From the NCBI GenBank assembly GCA_010093605.1, contig MU004192.1:1124882-1188881 (forward strand): a DNA stretch of 64,000 nt. The letters are read 5' to 3'. Of the stretch, positions 12,579 through 24,777 are shown piece after piece (positions within the stretch are counted from its first letter, which is position 1; every line of letters starts with the position of its first letter). The notes under the pieces are model-generated. The model had not been told where the DNA came from, ran no database searches, and worked only from the letters and a program-made list of their open reading frames with translations. Origin of the DNA: Lophium mytilinum. Taxonomy: Eukaryota. Both the position numbers and the translations under genes were made by a program.

Positions 12579-13586
12579 ATGACTGATCGCCCGAGTGTTC
12601 TTCTCTTTGGCACGGGTGCCGTGGGATCTGTATATCTCTACCTTCTCTCCAAAACCTGCGACACCACCGCAGTATGCCGCTCCAACTACGCCGCCGCAAA
12701 AGCAAACGGCTTCACAATCCACTCCCCCCAAATCTTCGGCGAAACCCTCCACTTCACGCCCCGCGTCGCGCGCACCTGCGCCGACGCCATCACCCTCGAT
12801 GACGGTTCACCCGTCAAGCCCTTCGACTATATAGTCATCTGCAGCAAAGTCACCCCGAACACCATCCCCGCGCTCATCGCACCCGCCGTAACCCCCTCCC
12901 ACACCGTGATCGTGCTGCTCCAAAACGGCATCAACATCGAAGCCGAATACACCACCGCCTTCCCCACCAACCCCATCGTCAGCGGCGTCGTCTACCTCCC
13001 CGTAACGCAGACCTCCCCCGGCGTCATCCAGCACGGCGATATCGAGCGCCTCGAGCTCGGCGCGTACCCCTCGTCCGCTTCGTCCGCCCCTACGAAGCGC
13101 TTCGCGGAGCTGATTCGCGCGGGCGGCGGGACGGCAGAGGTGTGGGAGGATGTGCAGTTTAAGCGGTGGGCGAAACTGCTGGTTAACGGGTCGTGGAACC
13201 CCATCTGCGCGCTGACGCGCTCCTCGGACGTGCGGTTTATGGCGTCGTCGGATGGGCCGATGGCGACGGACTTCGTGTTCGCGGTTATGTTGGAGATTGT
13301 GGCGATTGCGAAGGCGCATGGGTATGAGAAGGTGGATGAGAAGGTGGCGACGGCGCAGTTGGAGCGGTTTAAGAAGCGGATTGATACGAGTAAGGGGGTG
13401 GGGAGTGAGCCGAGTATGTTAGCGGACGTCAGGGAGGGGCGGAGAATGGAGGTCGAGGCGATTGTAGGGAACGCAGTAAGGGCCGCGAAGGGGAAGGGGG
13501 TGGAGTGTGTGAGGTTGGAGACGATTTACGTGCTGGCTAAAGGGTTGGATGAGGCGATTGGGAGGGCGTTGAAGGGGCAGAAGTGA
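12579..13586 (+). CDS. Ketopantoate reductase (ApbA/PanE)-like NAD(P)H-dependent reductase, intronless
   Basis: GTGAVG Rossmann motif, CRSNY, LLQNGINIE, WAKLLVNGSWNPICAL, PSMLADVREGRRMEVEAIVGN. Confidence 0.9.
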   Translation: MTDRPSVLLFGTGAVGSVYLYLLSKTCDTTAVCRSNYAAAKANGFTIHSPQIFGETLHFTPRVARTCADAITLDDGSPVKPFDYIVICSKVTPNTIPALIAPAVTPSHTVIVLLQNGINIEAEYTTAFPTNPIVSGVVYLPVTQTSPGVIQHGDIERLELGAYPSSASSAPTKRFAELIRAGGGTAEVWEDVQFKRWAKLLVNGSWNPICALTRSSDVRFMASSDGPMATDFVFAVMLEIVAIAKAHGYEKVDEKVATAQLERFKKRIDTSKGVGSEPSMLADVREGRRMEVEAIVGNAVRAAKGKGVECVRLETIYVLAKGLDEAIGRALKGQK

Positions 13587-13866
13587 AGGGGTGAAGGCTT
13601 TCTCGAAATGCATACTGGGCGCAGAAGGAGTGTAGATGATTTCCATGCCTAATTGATAGACTACTCATGCTTATAGATTGTATAGCGAGCTATTGGCTCT
13701 TCATAGCGACGTTGTTAAACTGATAGACAACAAGCTCGGGGGCAGCCCAAGTAAGTCTCCCAAATTCTCAGAATACATTGAAAGAACCTGCCAAATATCT
13801 GCATTCAAAACTGAAACAAACCTTAGCAATTTAATGAAAGATGCGCCACTTTTTCCTTCGCAGCAC

Positions 13867-14889
13867 TCAGTTACCATTGGTGTGAATACCATTGGTGCCG
13901 TTGGTCTTTGTGCCGTTGACACTACCAGCCTTATAACTGACTTCAAAGCTGTAAGCGGGGTCATAATGCATAGCCCAATATCCATCCCAGATCTTGTTCG
14001 TGATGGGGCCGATCTTGCCATCCTTCACCGGCTTCCCATCCAGACTCGTGATAGGCATAATGCCACCAGCCGTCGTACACATAAACAGCTCATCGCACTG
14101 ATACGCAAGCTCCACAGGCACCACCTCGACGCGAACCTCAACACCATTTGCCTTCGCGACATCGATGACACTCTTTCGGGTAACTCCATGGAGCACACCG
14201 CGATCAGGTGTATAGAGAACACCGTCTTTAATAAAGATGATGTTGAAGCCCGACCCCTCGGTGACATTCGCATCGCCATCCGTGAGAAAAGGATACGCAG
14301 CACCACGGTCCCTCGCCTCATGCATTGCTCGAGTCAGATCGCCCCACTGCAGATTCTTAATCGTCGGATCCATCGCCCCAGGTGGGGTACGTCGCACAGT
14401 CCGCGCGATAATGGCGCTGCCTCCCTCAAGCTGCATAGCCGGCTCCATGACCCAGACATAGGGCTGGATGAACATATAGAGGTTGTTCGTAATGTCCTCG
14501 GCCTTGTACTCTCGGACGCCTTTCAGGCCGCGCGTGACTATCAGCTCGACGAAGGCGTCACGGATGCCGCTCTTAGCGAGCATATCGATGAGGATCGATT
14601 TGACCTCTTCCCTTGGGAGCGGGAGCTTTAGGCGCATTTTGGTGCAGCTTGCGGTGAGGCGGTCGAGATGGTCATCGAGGCGGAAGAAACGGCCATCCCA
14701 GACTGATGGCACGTCATAGGTGAGGTCGCTGTGAAGGAAGCCTTGGTCCATAAGGGGGATGCGGGCTTCGGCGAGGGGAGTGAGTTCTCCTGATATCCAG
14801 GCAACTCCGCGGGCGTAGGGATTGCTGCTGCCCTGGAGGACGCCGTCTCGGGAATTGTAGCCTGCGAATGTCTTCTTCATGGTAGTCAT
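13867..14889 (-). CDS. (R)-selective amine transaminase (PLP fold type IV), intronless
   Basis: [51 protein letters not shown] (PLP Lys), TEGSGFN, CTTAGG: nearly colinear with the Aspergillus terreus (R)-ATA as I recall it, and carries the H..Y / FVE / W signature of (R)-ATAs rather than BCAT/DAAT residues. Confidence 0.93.
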   Translation of the reverse strand: MTTMKKTFAGYNSRDGVLQGSSNPYARGVAWISGELTPLAEARIPLMDQGFLHSDLTYDVPSVWDGRFFRLDDHLDRLTASCTKMRLKLPLPREEVKSILIDMLAKSGIRDAFVELIVTRGLKGVREYKAEDITNNLYMFIQPYVWVMEPAMQLEGGSAIIARTVRRTPPGAMDPTIKNLQWGDLTRAMHEARDRGAAYPFLTDGDANVTEGSGFNIIFIKDGVLYTPDRGVLHGVTRKSVIDVAKANGVEVRVEVVPVELAYQCDELFMCTTAGGIMPITSLDGKPVKDGKIGPITNKIWDGYWAMHYDPAYSFEVSYKAGSVNGTKTNGTNGIHTNGN

Positions 14890-15731
14890 TGCGAAGTCGA
14901 AATATGGGATTCGTACTGGGTAAGCGTTAACTTTGGACTCGAGCGGTGTATAGAACCACCAAAGTCAAGCATAGACATTCAATTAAAGACTTACAAGTGA
15001 ATTTTAATGGTCAAGTCAGGCTTGCAGTGACTGACTACAATTTTGGAATTGGCTGAAGGCCCAAAATAAGATGTTTGCTATGTCAGAGTTGGGGGGCCGA
15101 CGTTGATATGGCGGTTGGAGATATATTTAAGAAGAGAATGGAGTGTTGAACTTTTAGAGAGGGGTCTTATTTCAAGACTTGTCGTTCCAGCAGGGTCGTT
15201 ATAAAGCATAGCTACCCTAGTGCACAACTAAGTATGCCCCTCTCTGGAAGTTGCTTATCTGGTGGGGTAGAACTCGCCTTCCCGAAAGGGTAATTCCCGA
15301 TCTAGTAATAGAGCCACTGTTGTACAGTAACTCTACCATGGCCTTTGCGTCAATGGCGATCGTGTTCAATCATGATAAGCGTTTATGGCAACTTAACGTA
15401 ATTGGATGAATGAGGATACACACTGAAAGGGGAATTGCTGATAGTTTCGAGGTGGAAACGCGTGCGCGCGTTCCAACAGTCGTGCCCCTCATCTTCGGCT
15501 GCGAATGCCTAGTATGGGCATTCTTAGTGTAGCATTGTGTCAGCGTTCTCGCCCTTCGAAGCTTTCAAGAACACCAAGAGTCGTTCTTCACCAAGAAGAT
15601 TGTCCCACTCGTGTGACTGTGAGGTCTGAACCGGTCGCTGCTACTCTTAAGACCTTGAGACTTGCCCTGGAAGTCGAACTTATTTGGCTTTGTTAGTATT
15701 GTCTTAGCAAAAGACGAAAGTCGGAGTCATC

Positions 15732-17058
15732 ATGGCGCAGAAGAATATTGTTGTGATAGGGTAAGTACAACGCGCAAACCCTAAATTTTCAATTGACTTA
15801 CACAGATTGTCCGCAGAGCTGGAGTCGCAGGATTGACGACAGCATTGCTGTTGTCGAAACATCCCCAATACCGGATCGTAGTAGCTGCCAAACATATGCC
15901 TGGCGACTATGATATCGAATATGCATCACCCTGGGCGGGAGCAAATTACATGCCGTAAGTATGACTGGTCATCCATGAGGTCTTTCAAGGGACAAGCCAT
16001 TTGACAAAGGTTGCGTTTAGTGTTTCGGTTCGTGGTACTGAGGCTGCAGAGTGGGATAAGAACACATGGCCTCCCCTAGAAGATCTAGCACGGAACCACC
16101 CTGAGGCTGGCGTGCACTTTCAAGGTACGTCCAGATATACACTACCTTTTCCTGTATTAAAGATTGCTGACTAGATTAAAGAATGCGAGATCTTCAGTCG
16201 TTCCAAGGACATTGGTTCTGCAACAGCAGATTGGTTTGCTGAGTTACTGTCTCCGAACCCATGGTTCAAGGACGTTGTGCCGAATGTGAGCTGTCCCCTG
16301 GCTGTTCAGACATCATGCCCATACTCATTCGTCTCTCCTAGTTCCGTTCGCTTCCCAAGGAAACTCTGAGCCCTGAAATCGATTCTGCAACAGCTTTCAC
16401 CTCTGTTTGCATTAACACGGCCATATACCTTCCCTGGCTGGTCTCACAGTGTCTCAAAAACGGTGTTACCTTCAAACGTGCCGTATTTAAGCACATCTCC
16501 GAAGCGTCCTTGCCCGGAATCCACCCCTCAAGCAAGGCTGATCTCGTGGTCAATTGCACCGGCCTCATGGCAAGCACGCTTGGCGGCGTTGAGGACAAGT
16601 CCGTTATTCCCGCCCGAGGGCAGATTGTGGTCGTCCGCAATGTTGCTGACAGGATGGCTGATGTGTCCGGCACCGACGATGGAGATGGCGAGGCATGCTA
16701 TGTCATGACAAGAGCCGCAGGCGGCGGCACGATCCTGGGCGGGTCCTACCAGAAAGGCAATTGGGAGTCCCAGGTCGATCCTAATCTGGCCATTAGGATC
16801 ATGAAGAGAGCAGTGAAGCTGTGTCCTGAGCTGACAGGAGGAAGAGGAATCGAACACCTTGACATCATCAGACACGGTGTTGGATTGAGACCTGTTCGAC
16901 AAGGCGGAACGAGAATCGAAAAGGAGCGCATAGACAAAGTATTGGTGGTACACAACTATGGCGCCGGTGGGGCCGGATACCAGTCTTCGTACGGATGCGC
17001 GCAGGCTGCTGTAGCCTTGATAGAGGAAGCACTTTCGTCAACACGCGCTCGTTTGTAG
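15732..17058 (+). CDS. DAO1: D-amino-acid oxidase (FAD), 4 introns, C-terminal PTS1 (-ARL)
   Basis: Spliced MAQKNIVVIG|AGVAGLTTA...DIEYASPWAGAN; VVNCTGL, PARGQ, GVGLRPVR, HNYGAGGAGYQSSYGCA. Confidence 0.92.
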
Positions 17059-17577
17059 AGGCCGTAAACAAAAACTACACGCGTCGAGAATATCCCTCTT
17101 CCAGACTTGGTGGATGCGCAATGGAGCTTCCGATTTCCGCTTGATGGTTGGGAGCTTTGAGGAATTTGAAAATACCACTTCTCGGCGATATACTATCACG
17201 CTTGAGATGAAAAGAACAGAGACATCGATGCCATGAGTTTGTACCCCAAATTATGACGCAGCTTAGTCACAGTTCCCCATCGATGAAGCTAACCGTAGTT
17301 CGCTTGGTGCAAGATCCTCTTTGCTTATCGGTGAAATCGTGCAACTCCCTCTCCAACATCCACCCCGATGCTTCATCCTCTCATCCTTCCATTATTTCTC
17401 CCATCTCAATCCGCCAAATGCAAATCAGCTAGCGGCATAGAGCATGGGGTGACATAGCCTCCCGCGTCTTCCGCCGCTCTTTTCAACACTAGGCACGAAA
17501 CGAGACTCTGCATATGCTGTAACTCTAATCTACACCCACCACCTCGTAAGCAGAGGGCCCAACGTTTCTCGCCTCAA

Positions 17578-19821
17578 ATGGCATCCGTCCAGCATGTGAG
17601 ATCTGGTGCCAAGAATTCCGGTCATCGGACAAATTCCCTCGGTTACGCCAAGATTGATTGCCACACCTGCGCAGCATCGAAAGAGCCTTGCGATCGCCAA
17701 CGTCCCTGGTGTGGCACCTGCATTGCAGCTGGGCAGAAATGTGGTGGTTTTGCCATGGATCTAGTTTGGAAGGGCCTTGCAGTCGCCGATAACGCCACTC
17801 AGTCGTCTCCAAGCAGTGGATCGAGTGTGGACCGCAAACGGCAGAGACAGTCATCCAAAGAGCACCATGAATTCAAGTTCATTCAAGGCCGTCCCAAGAG
17901 AAAGCGCAAGCCAAAAAACTCCGACCAGCAGACGATGATAGGTAGCCTTCGTCCATTTCATCTAAGCGATCAGGTCGATGTTGTTGTGGCAGCAGCTCCG
18001 CAGACTGTTGTCAACCCTATCATTTCCGAACCTGGGTCTAGCTCTGGAGGTTCGGTATATGGCGACCTTACGGAGCTCAATGACGGGCCGTTTATACACG
18101 AGAATGCTTTGGGATCTCGCCTACCACACCTAATGTCCTTTGAATCCAACCCAGACATTACAGTAGAAATGCCCCAACCAGCCTACGATACGACAAGTGA
18201 CAACTTTTGGCACGACTCACCCGAATCGAATACACTTTTACCCCAGAATTTAAGCTCGCCGTCGCTCAATGACGCTAGATTCCTCGAAGACTTAGTTGCG
18301 GAAGGCCTTCAGCTAGTCACAGGTGGTTCCAACTTTGCACAAAGCCGGTTAATATCAGAGGGCTTCACGTTTCCAAACGAAGAAAACACCGACGAAGTCA
18401 CTTACGAAGAACAATTCCCACTCGCTGTCGGAGTTCCTTATCGAGATTTAGCTCACAAATATAGCCCAGTACTCGCGATGTGTTAGTGATCCTCTCTATT
18501 GTTAAGTAGCATGCTTTATTAATTCTATAGCTGACAATATTTAGATGACGAGGACTTTTGCGTTATGCCACTAAGCAGAGATTGCTCTACGAATCCGTTC
18601 CGCATTTGTATAAATCGTTCCCAAAGTTCTGCCTTTCTCCTACATGCGATTCTCGCCCTCTCTTCACAGCATCTGGCCAAAAAGAACGACTGTGCTGCTT
18701 TAATGACTGAAATGCACAATCACCGATCGAGTGCAATCCAATTGTTTAGTCAGGCTCTAGGCAATACGCAATCGAAATTCCGTCCGCTTCTGGACACAGT
18801 CTTAATATTAATTAATCTCGAGGTAACAATTCTCCATCATGGCGACATTCGTAGGCTGACAAGTCTCCCAACCAGATAACCCAATCAGCGCGTGGTATGT
18901 GGGGAGTGCATCTCAACGGCGCACGGAGACTTCTTGAGCAAGCTGGACCAGTGGAAAAATGTCAAGGAAACTCACGGATTCGTGCGCAGTTGGCGATGCT
19001 TGTCTGGTATGGTAGCGCCTTTCAATTTGATGAACTTTTAGGTCTATATTGACAACTGTTTGTGCAGGTGGGATGTCACCATCGCTTTCATCGCAAGGAA
19101 AGAGCCCCGCCTGCCTATCGCATACTTGGAGACGCTGATGGAGTATGACGAGACCGACGGCTGGACTTATTTCATACTGAACGGGTGCCCACCGGAGCTC
19201 GTTATGGCTATGGCCCGTCTCGCAAAATTAGCAGGGATATACGAAAAGACGACTCGGATGGAGTGGACGATGTTCAACCACGCTCCAGTCGACGCCATCG
19301 TTGAAGAGGTCAAGAACTTTGTCAACGACGCGGATGTGGATCTAGATGACCTTGAGCATATGGAAGAGGATGCGGATACGCGACGTAATCGATTCCATTG
19401 CATCGAGGCTTGGAGGCATGCCATTCTACTTCATGTCTGTCGTGTTTTCACTCCAAAGCAAGACGCATTCGGACTGCGATTGATCAGTCACCTATCCCGT
19501 GTTGTCCTTGACCATGTCCGATGCATACCGGCTACAGAGGTCATTCAGAAACAGGTACTTCTGCCGATATTTCTCGCTGCGTCCGAAGCCGGCGATGAGC
19601 ACAGCCGTTCTTTTGCCCGCCAATACTGTGAACACTGGAACATCGCATCCCGAACTTCTCATTTTCAAGCCACTGCGGAGTTGCTCGAAGACATCTGGAA
19701 AGATTGGAGGCATTCAACGAGAGATGTCTACTGGTGGGGTCTCAAAACCGGTGGTCAGGTTTGGCCGCAGACTGGTAGCGGAGAAGATCAATCCATGGTC
19801 TCGGAACTGCTTCTGGGATGA
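17578..19821 (+). CDS. Zn(II)2Cys6 transcription factor with fungal-specific C-terminal domain, 3 introns
   Basis: CHTCAASKEPCDRQRPWCGTCIAAGQKC; NPFR...LLHAILALS..HL; EAWRHAILL; LLPIFLAASEA. Confidence 0.88.
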
Positions 19822-20179
19822 AAGGAAGCTGGAGATATTCTCGTATGACTTTGGAAGAATTCGTTCGGCACACGGATATCCCGCTGTCTGCTTACCACTC
19901 TTGAATCCTGGACGATGACACGACACTGACGGATGATGAGTTGAACCTAAATGGGTATAGCTATACCACGGGAGCGCGAATCATGCAGAACGGAATGGTT
20001 ATGGATGGGATTCTGTGCACAGGCTGGGAGGAGTCCGGCTGCTAATGCGGGCATTCACCGGCCTAAATACCCCTTCTCCTTTCTTTTCCTTCTTTCTGTG
20101 GATACTCGGAAGTTCCCGAATGTTATCGTAGTATAGCAGCATAACCACAAGAATAACTAATAAATCTCAAGTTTGTATC

Positions 20180-20700
20180 GTTGGTACCTCGCAACGATGG
20201 CGTCTGAGGTTTCTCGAGCTATTTTCTAATTTCCCAAAACAGTGAATTTTCAGTCCTTTCAGGTGTCTGATACCACTTCGAAGCACTTCAGACAGTACCA
20301 ACCCGGGCTACATACGAATAAAGGCGTGCTCAACTGTGCCATGCTGAATCCAGCACAGAGCTTGCAGAGGATCTTCCAAATGGTACCTCCTCAGAAGCAT
20401 GTGGACACTTTTGCAAAGCGACGTCTGAGGTGGCCCAGCTGGTTCACTGACTGTTCAAGAAGATCTGATCTCTCCTGTTCTAACTTGATGAACGTATTTT
20501 GAAGGACAACATGCAGTGGTGAAGCGGTCTACACAGCTTTTCAGCGCAAGGCAAGCCCCCCCGCCCCCCAACGCCATCACTTGGTATCCAAGTGTGCACC
20601 CTGCTATTACTCAAGAACATGCTCAAACTCCAACAGAACAGATTTTACACCGCATCCCGATTTTCCAAAGGCTACGGAGACACCTCAAGCAGTGTCATAA
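20180..20700. repeat. Cluster of the same dispersed motif (inverted pair plus singles)
   Basis: gcgtctgaggtt at ~20200, gcacttcagacag at 20283, cgtctgaggtggccc at ~20422, cacctcaagcagtg at ~20681; cores match the 1440-2370 array. Confidence 0.75.
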
Positions 20701-20867
20701 GAGTGTGCACAGACTTCCCAGCAAAAACACCATCTTCGATGTCATCTCATAGCACTCATGCAGATAACAAATATTCAGAACTCCGCTTACAATTCTCAGC
20801 ACCACAAGAGCCTACGAAATCACACTACTAAACAACAAATGTTTCCACCCATCAAAGCCCTTCCCCA

Positions 20868-22700
20868 TCACGACTTCTGCGCCATCCCCACAGCATCCTC
20901 ACTATTCTGCGTACTCAACCCATCCACAACCTCCAACCTCCCCACAATAGCCGCATGCCTCCTCTCCTCCAACAACGCATAATTAACATGCGGCCCCACA
21001 AACTTCCCCTTCTTCGACGTAAACCACAACGCAATCACAAACGCCACCAGCCCCGTCGACACAACGGACACGTAGCTCATGTTCTGAGGCGTAACCGGCA
21101 TGGAAGTCGGGAAGCAGTACAGGATGTCGAGAAACACGACCCAGGCGACCGACACGCCGTTGATGGCGGCGCCGCACTTGCCCAGGCTGAAGTAGCGCTC
21201 GGGCAGGACTTTGTCGCGGCCGCGGTAGAGGAGGATGGCTTGTGGGATGACGCAGGAGGTTTGGAGGAAGACGATGGCGGCGCTGAGCATGGCGGAGAAG
21301 GCGGTGGTGGAGCCGATGAAGATGACGCCGTAGATCTGGTAGTGGTGTTAGTTGGGGGTCTGCTTCTGGGAGGGAGAGGGCGGGTTGCGGACCGAGATGC
21401 ATGATGCGGAGAGTAGCATGGCGTTCAATGGCATTTGGAAGCGAGGGTGGACGGCCATCCAGATCTTAGAGTAGGGTAAGGCTCCGTCGCGGGAGAAGGC
21501 CCATAGGGTGCGCGATGCGGTGGTAGCTAGATACTTGCGTTAGTCCGGCTCGAAGACGAAATGCCATGCTCAGGTGGCTCACCGTTAGCGACCAAGTTGC
21601 TGAAGAAACAGAACGCAAAAACAGCCATCAGTATCGATGCGGCAACGTTGGAACCAGTCCCTTGGCGGTAAATTTCGATCAAAGGCAGTCCCGTCGGGGT
21701 GGCTAAGACAGCACTGAGATCCGTGATCGCGTACATCAAAGCAGCAGCAAAAGGAAACGCAGTAATAAGCCCCATGAGGAGAGGGTACATGATGACCTTG
21801 GGGACGTTTTTCCCTGGCAGTGGAATTTCTAGATAGGAAATTAGCGAAGCACGCGTGCTTAAGCTCACTGAAGTTTACCTTCGCAAAGATGGGCGCCGCC
21901 ATCACTGCCTAAGAAAGAGTAGACAGCGTTACCAACCGCGAGCATGAACGTCCAGCCCTCGCTTGACCAGCCGCTTTTGCTAGTGGTGTCCGTGAATATG
22001 AATGAAGCTGTTGCGTGGTGGTGGCGACCGACCACAAAAAGGACGATCATTGTGCTGGTGAGAGTAACGATCGACAGCAAAAACACAAACTTATTATAAA
22101 GCGGGATCCATTGAGAGCCAAAGACATTGATGGCCACAGCTACCCAAATGAGGCCGACGTAGATCAAGTATTGCTGCCAGTGTTGTTGGCTGTAGTCTGG
22201 ATACCAGACGTACACAATGTCCAAGATCATCGATGAGACGAAGTTGGCCACGGAGCCGGCTCCTAGCCACCAGCCGAGTACGCTGACCCATCCGTTGCTA
22301 AGAAGAGCACGAAAGTCAGTGTCTGTATTCTTCGTCCTGAAATGGTGGAAGCTTACACAAAAGACAAGAACGGCTTGTACTCGTCGCTTGATACCATAAA
22401 CGACCAGTAGTACTGCGCACCAGCACAGGGATATGCAGATGCTAGCTCTGCCATTCCAGCTGACACTACCAGTGTCATCATCCCAGCGATCGGGAGAGAC
22501 CATAGCGTGCCAGCAGATGAGGCTTCCGTCAGACTGATGCCAACGGATGACCCGGTCCCAAGCCAGGTGCAGGTCAGGGTGAAGGAGAGTGCACTCAGAG
22601 ACCAGAGGGAGAACTGACGGGGCATCGACTGCTTGTAGCCAGCGGCTTCAAGCTCGAGGTTGTCGAGCCGGGCAGCATCGTCGCCGAGATCCAGTGACAT
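20868..22700 (-). CDS. APC-superfamily amino acid/choline/polyamine permease (HNM1/UGA4-like), 4 introns
   Basis: MAELASAYPCAGAQYYWS, GWVSVLGW, SGWSSEGWTFML, GSDGGAHLCE|EIP.PGKNVPK, SRTLWAFSRDGALPYS, FPTSMPVTPQNMSYVSVV. Confidence 0.9.
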
Positions 22701-23761
22701 TGTTGAGTGGTATTGAGTGATTGGGAGTAAGGCGTTGAGTTGGTATTGTCAACCAAGTGGAGAAGGCAAGTTGAGCTATGCGAGGGAAAACAATGGCAAC
22801 ATGACCTGTATAGATATAGGAATACAAGTGGCTTGGATGGGGGTGCTCTATCATGGAGGACGCACGCTATGTCCAGATATCAGCTTGCGGGTGATCTTAG
22901 ATAGAGCAGCATTGTATGGCTCGGCGGGCCTTAGCATGATAACACGGTTTCTACATCGGGGATTCATCCCAGTGCCATCCTCGTGGCTTTGCACCACGGA
23001 TAGCTATCATTGTGGTGCGCTGCGAGGGCGCTTTGTGCACGGATAAGTCATGGGTAAGTCCTGGGGAAGACGAAGTGTGGAGAAAAATTTACCCGATGCG
23101 GCAGGCGAGATAAGACCGCCCGTCGGGAGTCACGTGTTGATGCATGATCCGCAAGGTCAAGAATCTAATCTCGGATACTCAAATAGGTAGATCGGGTCGT
23201 CAGCAAGCTAATCCTGTAGTAGGGTCTTGCGAGTATGGTCCGCAATCTGAGCCCAACTATCTGTGAGCTGATGGCAGGCGGGTGGAAATTGCCACGATAG
23301 GATGCAATAAGGCTGAAATCAACACAACCCCATTGGACGTATCGAAAAGGGGTCAAGCGAGACCGGTGTGCTGGGAAACCTTAGGGTGTTCCCAGCTGTG
23401 ACATCTGAAAAGCACCATCTTTTAGCATGGGTTCCTAACGATTGCAATCATCATCGGCATCATTCGGAGCGGACTGCCAGGCTCCGGATGGCCAAGAATA
23501 CGTGGGGAGTATCTCATCACGCCTGCGTATTTGTACTCTCGTGTATTTTGATAACTTAACGCCACGTGTTCAAGATGAAGATAATATATGACTTTCCGGC
23601 GGTCTGATTAGCATAGAGGAGTGCATTAGTGCTCGCTCTCTGTAAGGCTTTCATCTGAAATTTAGATATGAAAATTACCCGTGATGAAGTAAGTAACTGG
23701 CCGAGCCACGTGAAATTCGTACGTTCTATATACAAGGTAGCGTTATTGCGAGAACATGTCG

Positions 23762-24777
23762 TTATCGAGGCCGCTGGTACCCAGCTGGTGAGTACCCTGC
23801 CTGGCTCTGGTAAGGCGCTGGAGCGCCTAGCGGTAGTCCTGGCTCTGCTTGTTGTGCTTGTTGCTCCCTCAGCCGTATCTGTTCTCTCACCGACAGCCTC
23901 GCCGCCGGTCTGGCCGGCTGGTCTCTCTACCATTCCATGCGCATCAGTGACTGCTAGGAGAAAAAAAGAGAGGAACACATACCGGTGCCGCCTGAGGAGA
24001 AACTCGGCGCGTTTGCATAGGTACGCCTGCGCCGCGGCGCCACCCTCTGCTGGCGCCCCGTCGGCGCCCTGAACTACCTGAGGAAGCTGAGCGGGGTGGG
24101 TTTGCGGGACCTCTGGGCGCGCTGGCAGATTGGGATCCAGCGGGTTGGTTCCTGGCCGCTCGGTTTGCAGTAGCTTGGTCCCCAATGACTGGACCTCCAG
24201 CGGCTTGCCCTCCAGCAGCTTGCCCTCCCGCAGGTTGGTTTCCAGCGGGTTGGTTTCTGACGACTTGGCCTCTATTGCGTTGGCCTCTAGGCTGGGGATT
24301 TACTGGCGGAATTGGATCTCTTGGCGGGCCTGGATCTCTGGGCGGAACTGGATCTCTAGGTGGAACTGGAGCTCTAGGTGAATTCCGAATTCTCGGAGGC
24401 CTGGGTGGAATAGGGGTCCTGGGTGGGTTTCGCTGTCGCGGCTGGACTGTGCTATACGACTCATCTGATACCTCTGAAGCAGGCCTACCAAAGGGCCCGC
24501 CTTTCGACCCCCAGGAGCAACAACAGAATATTACAAGAAGTAGTATGCATGCCGTAAAAGTTCCAATCGCAGCGCCGAGTTTGCCGGCAAACGACAGTCC
24601 TCCCCCTCTTTCTAACAGCCTTGGTGCGGGGGCTAGGTGCCCCCCTCCTACGATAGCGGTAGTGGATGAAGAGATACTGAGGGCCAGAGCGGTGGTGAGG
24701 GTGTGTGTTTCCCAGGCCTTTCCGTCGGTAGTGGTGTGGTGCAGAGCCGAAGGCGCTGTTGTGGTACGAAGAAGCAT
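23762..24777 (-). CDS. Hypothetical single-pass membrane protein with Pro/Arg-rich repetitive tail, 1 intron
   Basis: Hydrophobic LGAAIGTFTACILLLVIFCCC; PPRDP (18-bp) and QPAGx/QAAGG (15-bp) repeats; GTATGT...CTGAT...TAG intron gives in-frame RDQPARP...YQRPR*. Confidence 0.6.

Noticed and set aside
13678..14631. 317-aa ORF antisense to the transaminase
   Set aside because: TTG start, no recognisable motif; explained as a shadow of codon bias on the coding strand
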